Shown: one piece after another, positions 10,286-16,900 of the stretch | How the letters are laid out: each line of letters begins with the position of its first letter | Position numbering within the stretch: the stretch's first letter is position 1 | Assembly: GCA_964584035.1 (NCBI GenBank) | Contig: CAZOYL010000032.1 | Coordinates: forward strand, 1,320-22,618 | Source: an uncultured Gemmatimonadota bacterium | GTDB lineage: Bacteria; SM23-81 | DNA: 21,299 nt | Reading direction: 5' to 3' | Made by a program: the position numbers and the translations under genes | Notes under the pieces: generated by a model | Database searches by the model: none | Told to the model about the DNA's origin: nothing | The model's input: the letters and a program-made list of their open reading frames with translations, nothing else

Positions 10286-10303
10286 ATCAACAAGAAGTAT
10301 AAT

Positions 10304-10432
10304 ATGGCAATAGAAGTTGTAGGTCTTGGACGGTTGGGGGCCAACATCGCTCGCCTCGCCTCCGTAAGATTGACCGATGCTATGTCAGAGTTGATCATCT
10401 CAGCGCTGAGCAAAGCCCGGAAGCCCTCTTGA
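10304..10432 (+). pseudogene. Probable remnant of a 6-phosphogluconate dehydrogenase (gnd/YqeC-type) gene; only the N-terminal Rossmann motif remains
   Basis: 42-aa ORF 18 nt after rpe: MAIEVVGLGRLGANIARLASVRLTDAMSELIISALSKARKPS. The first ~18 aa resemble the 6PGDH start (MxxGxxGLGRMGxNxARRL); the similarity is then lost. Confidence 0.55.
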
Positions 10433-10500
10433 GAGGAAGTGTCTCCCCGTTCGGAGACCCGAATGAACACCGGCGGTGCTGACAACGCCGCCTTGTAATT

Positions 10501-10539
10501 CAGAACGCCAGACGAAGGATCGTCTGGCGTTTCTGTGTT
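10501..10539 (+). terminator. Probable intrinsic terminator closing the pentose-phosphate block
   Basis: AACGCCAGACGA-agga-TCGTCTGGCGTT forms a perfect 12-bp stem, followed by an imperfect T-rich tail (TCTGTGTT). Confidence 0.7.
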
Positions 10540-10693
10540 CGAGATAATGGCAGAATGTAAGAACCTGAACAGCGATTCTCTACGCTGGGTGTTCCAATGA
10601 CCGGCTTGATCCAGCCGGTTATATTTTATATGAACAAAAGATGCCATTGGATTGCGGTGTCCACCGATAAGAGCCTGAATACCCTCCGGCGGG

Positions 10694-10709
10694 CGGCATA
10701 TTTTTTGCT
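10694..10709 (+). promoter_or_regulatory. Putative sigma-54 (-24/-12) promoter
   Basis: CGGCATA-TTTT-TTGCT: GG (10695-96) and GC (10707-08) are separated by exactly 10 nt, ~80 bp upstream of ATG 10787. Confidence 0.6.
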
Positions 10710-10786
10710 GCTTTGGTATCCACGGAAGCGTATACACATCGATGCGACCGCGGCGAAACCAAAGGCATCATGTCAAGGAGATTCCG

Positions 10787-11944
10787 ATGAGCATGTCGAT
10801 CCTGAGACGATGGAGTGTTCTTGCCCTGATTCTTCTTTCGCTGCCTTCGGTTGGAGAGGCTGTGCTGATCAGCGGATCGGGAACCTGGGGCAGCTTTCAG
10901 GGATCCATGGCCTTTACCTGTCAGATCCCGTCTGATGAGGCCCTCCTGGCCGTGGAGCTGACCAATACCAGTCCGTTGAGCAACGGCGGATACATCACCG
11001 GGTTGGCATTCAACAACCCCGGTTATGCCAGCACCGCGGTGGCCTTTTCCGATTCCGCCTTCGAGCTGCTGGGTGCGCCGAACTTCAGCAATGGCATCAA
11101 TGCCTCGCCCCTGGGATATTTCGATATCGGAACCGCCCTGGGGGGAAGCTGGCAGGGTGGGGGAGATCCTCATCCGGGGATCGGAGTGGGAGAATCTCGA
11201 ACCTTCCTGTTTTCCCTGACGGGCGATGATCTCTGTGACCTGAACGTGATGCGTTTCATCAATGAGCACGGCCAGAGCGGTGATGACTTCTTCGCCGTTC
11301 GCTTCCGGGGTTTCGAAGATGGGAACAGTGATAAGGTGCCGGCTGATGAGGTTCTCGTGCCGGTCACACTGTCATCTTTCACCGCCAGCGGGCACAAAGA
11401 TTATATCGAGATCGTCTGGACCAGTCAGACAGAGATCGATGCCCTGTGTTATCGGCTCTGGCGCAGTGATAACGAGGAAGGACCCTATCAGGAGATCGCC
11501 CGCCTGGAAGCCTATGGCAACTCCGAGACACCCCGATCTTATCACTATCGCGATATGAATGTGATCCCGGGAGATCGCTATTTTTACCGTCTGACGGATG
11601 AAGACTATCTCGGCAATGTCACCATTCATGGTCCCGTTCTGGCCAACGCTTCCTCCGGTATTCCGGGCGAATATCGGCTATTGCCCAACTATCCCAATCC
11701 CTTCAATGCCTCCACGGCCATCAGTTATCAGGTTCCTGCCCCGGTGACGGCGACTCTGACCATCTACGATGTTTTGGGCCGAAAGGTACGCTGTCTGGTG
11801 GAAGGTCATCGTGAAGCCGGCCATCACACAGCCCTGTGGAACGGCCGGGATGACCACGGCAAGGAGTTGAAAAGCGGCGTCTACTTCTGTGTCCTGGAGG
11901 CGGGATCCTGCCGCGAGACGATCAAGATGGTCCTGTCCAGATGA
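10787..11944 (+). CDS. Secreted protein: PEP-CTERM-like passenger domain, an Ig/FN3-like 'PVxLSSF' domain and a T9SS type A / FlgD-Ig-like C-terminal domain
   Basis: Signal peptide (MSMSILRRWSVLALILLSLPSVGEA) and AAGGAG RBS at 10775-80. The tail reads NYPNPFNASTAISY...LTIYDVLGRKVRCLV...WNGRDDHGKELKSGVYFCVL...TIKMVLSR. Confidence 0.85.
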   Translation: MSMSILRRWSVLALILLSLPSVGEAVLISGSGTWGSFQGSMAFTCQIPSDEALLAVELTNTSPLSNGGYITGLAFNNPGYASTAVAFSDSAFELLGAPNFSNGINASPLGYFDIGTALGGSWQGGGDPHPGIGVGESRTFLFSLTGDDLCDLNVMRFINEHGQSGDDFFAVRFRGFEDGNSDKVPADEVLVPVTLSSFTASGHKDYIEIVWTSQTEIDALCYRLWRSDNEEGPYQEIARLEAYGNSETPRSYHYRDMNVIPGDRYFYRLTDEDYLGNVTIHGPVLANASSGIPGEYRLLPNYPNPFNASTAISYQVPAPVTATLTIYDVLGRKVRCLVEGHREAGHHTALWNGRDDHGKELKSGVYFCVLEAGSCRETIKMVLSR

Positions 11945-11973
11945 TCTTTACAGAGACAAGAAATGACCGACCA

Positions 11974-12008
11974 GCCGCCGGACGATATCTCGCCCGGCGG
12001 TTTTTATT
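11974..12008 (+). terminator. Intrinsic terminator
   Basis: GCCGCCGGACGA-tatc-TCGCCCGGCGGT stem (one mismatch) followed by TTTTATT. Confidence 0.8.
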
Positions 12009-12071
12009 GTACTCAGTACTCATGAAATAGCAGACGTTAGATATAATGGATAAAGATTGCGAAAAAAATTA

Positions 12072-12100
12072 TTGACAAATATGGGTATCTATGATAAAAT
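12072..12100 (+). promoter_or_regulatory. Near-consensus sigma-70 promoter with an extended -10
   Basis: TTGACA (12072-77), 17-bp spacer, TGn-TAAAAT (12092-12100), with an A-tract UP-like element just upstream. Confidence 0.8.
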
Positions 12101-12265
12101 GGTAATGATGGGGAAAGTCTGTCTAATAATCGATAATCCATAGGTTCTATGTTTTTCACTCGAGGAGGTGAGCAGACAGGAAAAGTGAGAATGATGCAAT
12201 GCCGTGTGTAGCGTATAGTATCTGTTTCTTGTGAAGTTTCGTTCTGTTGGAAAGGAGGGATTTCT

Positions 12266-13603
12266 ATGAAAACATTGTCTTTCGTTCTGACCCTGACGCT
12301 GGTTCTGACAGCCGCCACGGGCTGGGCCACCACTTTCACCACGCCGGCCATCGACGGCATCATCACCAGCGACTGGGAAACGTGTGAAGATTTCGCCACC
12401 ATGACCTTCGAGGGCGCCGATTACACCCTGTGGATCACCTGGGACCAGTTTACCGGTCTGTATATCGGCATCGATCGAGACGAGAATGTCAACAACAAGT
12501 TCCTCGGCGACAATGCCGAGGACATCAGCCTGTTCGTGGCCATCGACACCGATCAGATCCCCGGTTCGGGAGCGCCGTATGATGTCTATTCCACCGTCTC
12601 CTTCGACAGCGGACACATGCCCGAGTATATCTATTCCTTCGCCGGCGGAGCCGGCTGGTACGAGTGGGCCTGGTGGGATGATCTCAACGAGGTGTTCGAT
12701 TATCGCGGCTGGCGCAACGATGGCACCTACTACGGCTGGTCCGGTGATGTCTATATCGACGATGAACTGACCATCCTGTGGAGCGATATAGGCAATCCCC
12801 TGGGCATCGGCGTGACCGTGTGGATCACGAACGAGATCACCAATCCTACACCGCCCGTCCTGGCTGCCTGGCCGGAGGAAAATCCGGTGGGCCTCGGGCC
12901 GGTGCTGACCTGGGCCTATGAGTTCTATAATGGACACTATTACTGCAGCCCCGGTGTTCCGGCTTACTGCGATATGCCGGCCTGCAACATCTGCCCCAAC
13001 CTGACCGATCATTCCGTCCCGGTCGCGCTGTCGAGCTTCACCGCCACCGCCCGGGAGGGCGCCGTGGAGATCAGCTGGACCAGCCAGACCGAGATCGATG
13101 CGCTGGCCTATCACCTGCAGCGCAGCGAGACGGCCGACGGCCAGTATGAGCAGATCGCCCGTCTGGACGCTCAGGGTAATTCCGAGACCGCGGTCAGTTA
13201 TCGCTACCTGGATGAGGATGTCACCGCCGGCCAGACCTATTACTACCTGCTGATCGATGAGGATATGCAGGGCAACAAGACCTATCATGGTCCGGTCTTC
13301 GCCGCTGCCGGCGCCGAGATCCCGGGCGCTTACAGCCTGATGCCCAACTATCCCAATCCGTTCAATCCGTCGACGGCCATCGGTTACCAGACCCCTCAGG
13401 ATGGTCACGTGACCCTGACCATTTACAACGTCCTGGGCCAGCAGATCCGCACGCTGGTGGACGGCCATCAGGCGGCCGGCACCTATACGGTGATGTGGGA
13501 CGGAAGGGATGCGGCTGGTCAGCATCTGAACAGCGGCGTTTACTTCTACACCATGAAGGCCGGAGATCACACCCAGACGCGGAAGATGGTCTTGATGAGG
13601 TAA
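12266..13603 (+). CDS. Secreted protein: DOMON/CBM9-like N-terminal domain, a 'PVxLSSF' domain and a T9SS type A / FlgD-Ig-like C-terminal domain
   Basis: Signal peptide (MKTLSFVLTLTLVLTAATGWA) and AAGGAGG RBS. The pattern PAIDG...DW...LWITWD..GLYIG...FVAIDTD..PGSG...ELTILWSDIG resembles DOMON/CBM9-like folds. The tail reads NYPNPFNPSTAIGY...IYNVLGQQIRTLV...WDGRD...SGVYFY...TRKMVLMR. Confidence 0.85.
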   Translation: MKTLSFVLTLTLVLTAATGWATTFTTPAIDGIITSDWETCEDFATMTFEGADYTLWITWDQFTGLYIGIDRDENVNNKFLGDNAEDISLFVAIDTDQIPGSGAPYDVYSTVSFDSGHMPEYIYSFAGGAGWYEWAWWDDLNEVFDYRGWRNDGTYYGWSGDVYIDDELTILWSDIGNPLGIGVTVWITNEITNPTPPVLAAWPEENPVGLGPVLTWAYEFYNGHYYCSPGVPAYCDMPACNICPNLTDHSVPVALSSFTATAREGAVEISWTSQTEIDALAYHLQRSETADGQYEQIARLDAQGNSETAVSYRYLDEDVTAGQTYYYLLIDEDMQGNKTYHGPVFAAAGAEIPGAYSLMPNYPNPFNPSTAIGYQTPQDGHVTLTIYNVLGQQIRTLVDGHQAAGTYTVMWDGRDAAGQHLNSGVYFYTMKAGDHTQTRKMVLMR

Positions 13604-13630
13604 TGATAGTAATAATAAGCAGTTGAACGT

Positions 13631-13668
13631 AAACCGCCAGGTCCCAAAGGACCTGGCGGTTTTTTCTT
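13631..13668 (+). terminator. Intrinsic terminator
   Basis: AAACCGCCAGGTCC-caaa-GGACCTGGCGGTTT forms a perfect 14-bp stem followed by a T-run. Confidence 0.9.
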
Positions 13669-13825
13669 GCTCGATCACTGGCATAATGCCGGCCCGCGGT
13701 CCTTTCGGTCGTCCCTCACGAGGGCCCCGCGGGCATGGTCGAACCGTATGAGTTAAAGGCAGATAAGCAGAGAGATCAAGGACTTCCCGGGCCGGCCGGG
13801 AGACCCCCGGGCGAATGGCCCAAAG

Positions 13826-13841
13826 TGGCATGTCATTTGCT
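13826..13841 (+). promoter_or_regulatory. Putative sigma-54 (-24/-12) promoter
   Basis: TGGCATG-TCAT-TTGCT is a near-perfect match to TGGCACG-N4-TTGCW, ~100 bp upstream of ATG 13944. Confidence 0.75.
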
Positions 13842-13943
13842 GAAAAATCAACTGGAGAACATACACCTGTGCTGTAACCAGAGATACTGTTGATAACCAA
13901 GTGATTCCGCCATGTATCCGCCATGTATGGGAGGTCTGTCACG

Positions 13944-16900
13944 ATGGAACTTAAAAAATTGCGCTGGCTGCTGAGCCTGTGGTTCTGCCTGTCACTGGGC
14001 GCCCTGCTGATCTCCTTCAGCTGTACCAAGCACCGTTCGGCCAATCCGATGGCTCCGGTGGGCGACCCGACCGTTTTCATCACCGCTCTTGAGGTCGACC
14101 CTCCCCTGGTGGATCCGGGAACCGGCTCCTCGACGATCACCGCCCGGGTGGTCGATGCCGAGGGACAGCCCGTCTCCGGCCGGACGGTTGAATTTACAAC
14201 CACCCTGGGCACCGTGGATCCCCAGGCGGAAACCGATGCCTCCGGAGAGGCCGCGGCCGTTTACCACTCCGGCTCGAATGATGGGGTCGCGGTGGTGACC
14301 GCCTCGGTGGGGAATGTACACCGCACGGCGGAGATTCAGGTGGGATTGGGAACCGGAATGATCATGGCCGAGCCGGCCAGCCTGCTGGCCGATGGGATCA
14401 GCACCTCTCAGATCACGGCCCGTATTCGGGACGACGCTGGTCAGCCCCGGGCGGGCATCACCGTCTACTTCTCGACCACCTGCGGCCAGATCACCTTTTC
14501 CGCCGTCACCGACGGCGAAGGAAAGGCCGCCGCCGCGCTGACCGGTCCGGTGAGCACCGTGGATACCACCGCCTACGTCAGTGTCGGCACGGTCCAGGCC
14601 CGGGGACTGGTCTCCGACGGCCCGCTTGGCCAGAAAACCCGGAAGCTGGACGGGCAGGATGGTGGGGATGCCGCTGCCAAGGGCATGACCGGGGCTGCCG
14701 CCGCCGAGCTGGGCAGGGTTGAGTTCCGGGGCATCAGGCTCTCAATGGTCTCCGAAGATACCGAGCTTTCGGCCGACGGGCTGAGCACCACACAGCTGAC
14801 GGCCGCACTGACCGAGTGTTCACCGCCCAACGAGCCGGTCGCCGGCCTGCCGGTGACCTTCACCACCGATCTGGGGAGCGTGTCTCCCCGGGAGGTGATC
14901 ACAAATGCCGACGGCGTGGCCATCGCTACCCTGATCAGCGGAAAGAACCCCGGAACGGCCAGCGTCCGGGCGGAGTACAGATCGGCAGTGGCCGATTCCA
15001 TCGCGGTCACGATGAGAGCTCTGACTCTGACGCTGACCATCGGTCAGCCCTCACTGCTGGCCGACGGCCAGTCGACCACGGAGGTCACCGCCCGGCTGTT
15101 GAACTCCGACGGCAATCCCGTTTCCGGAGCCAGTGTCGATTTCACCGTCGACCGGGGCAGCATCTCCTCGCCGCACACCACCGGGGCGGACGGCCGCGCC
15201 GCGGCCACCCTGACCAGCGGCACCGCTCCGGGCACCTGTCACATTTCAGCCTCCTATGGCAGCGGCGTGTCCGCCGCTGCTGAGGTAGAGTTTTCATCCT
15301 ACGATCTGTCCCTGTCATCCAATCCTTCCAGCCTGTTGGCCGACGGGGCCGACAGTTCGCTCATCACCGTCGTCCTGCGGGATGGAACAGGGTCGCCGCT
15401 GGCCGGAGAGACCGTCCAGCTGTCCACTGATCTGGGCACGATCGAGCCGCAAGCGGTGGTGACCGACGCCGGCGGTAGCGGCCTGGCCTATCTGACCAGC
15501 TGGGCCTCGGCCGTCGATACCCAGGCGGTGGTGACGGCCGCCTTCAAGGGCGGCAGCGGTCAGACGATCGTGGCTCAGCGAGGCGTCAGCCTGACCATAT
15601 CAGCCGATCCCGGCGCCATCGTGGCCAACGGGACCAGCCAGACCACTATCATGGCCACGCTCCAGGAAACCTCCAGCGGGCTGCCCCTGGCCAGCCGCAG
15701 GATTACCTTCCAGACCAATCTGGGCGTCATCACCGGGGAAGTTCTGACCAACAGCTGGGGGCAGGCCAGTGCCGTGCTCGGCAGTGAGGTTTTCGCCGGA
15801 ACGGCCACCGTGACGGCCCGCTATGGACCCGGCCTGCAGCAGAGCACCGAGGTGGAATTTCTGCCGACCGACGTCAGCGGAGTCTCACTGGAGAGTGAAT
15901 ACGGCCAATTGCTGGCCGACGGGGAGAGGCAGTCCATTATGACAGCCACCGTCACCGATGCCGACGGCCAGCCTCTGGAGAACGTGGCGGTGAATTTTTC
16001 ATGCGACGCCGGCAGCGTCGAAGAGATGGCCGTCACCGATCAATCGGGCCAGGCCCGGGCCACGTATATCAGCCCGGTGGTCAGCGCGGATCAAACGGTC
16101 ACGCTGACGGCCAGCGTGGGAACGCTGCACGACGAGGTCCAGGTGGAATTGCTGGGGATCACCTTCCAGGTACAGATCGTGGATGAGGAGGTCTTAGCCG
16201 ACGGACTGTCCGACACCGAGATCATCGCCCAGGTTCTGGAGACCACCAGCGGACTGCCTCTGGTGGGACGAACGATCTTATTTCGCTGTTTTCAGGATCT
16301 CGACCAAGACGGAGTACAGGACGGCGGCGAGATCGGTCTGGGACAGATCGACGCTCAGGCCGTCACCGACGCCAGCGGGCAGGCCCGGGCCGCCTTGGTC
16401 AGCCGGGCTTCCGGACAGGATCTGGTGGCCACCGTAAGAGCCGAGAGTGCGGCCGGATTGACGGCCACAGATACCGTTATCATGATCGGGCTGGTGCTGG
16501 AGATGACGGCTGATCCCGCCAGCATTGTGGCCAACGGCGTCAGCACGACCACCGTGAGAGCCACCCTGCGGGAAAATAATCGCGGCTACGGGGTGTCCGG
16601 CAAGGAGGTCCAGTTCAACGCTAATCTGGGTGACCTGTTGGAGAGCCGGGGCACCACCGATGAGATCGGGCAGGTGGCCATCATTCTGATGAGCTCGACC
16701 AGCGCCGGGGCGGCTCAGATTTCGGCTTCCTACGGAAACACCATCACCGGATCCGCGACGGTGAATTTCACCGCCGTGGAGGCTGCCGAGATCCAGCTGC
16801 TGCCGCAGGCCGAGAGCCTGTTAGCCGATGGAACCGATGCCGTCGATCTGCACGTCACCGTCGCCGACGCCGACGGCAAACCGATCGCCGGCCTGCCGGT

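Noticed and set aside
10298..10303. Perfect TATAAT hexamer
   Set aside because: It has no -35 or TGn extension and abuts the ATG of the stub ORF, so it is probably coincidental.
10428..10495. Superficial SAM-I riboswitch resemblance (GACCCGAATGAACACCGGC...GGTGCT)
   Set aside because: The AUC/GAU P1 signature and the GCAACC core are missing, and no methionine or sulfur gene lies downstream.
4685..10737. Long minus-strand ORFs (4685-5494, 5695-6390, 6294-7175, 6394-7320, 7172-8335, 9601-10737)
   Set aside because: All overlap confident + strand genes and lack family motifs.
11357..13603. Possible diversity-generating retroelement template/variable repeat pair
   Set aside because: Both copies are coding, mismatches are not adenine-specific and many are synonymous, and the window has no reverse transcriptase.
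12089..14212. 707-aa minus-strand ORF
   Set aside because: It is antisense to a well-supported secreted protein gene and crosses a terminator and a promoter. It has no recognisable motifs, as expected for a shadow ORF in GC-rich DNA.
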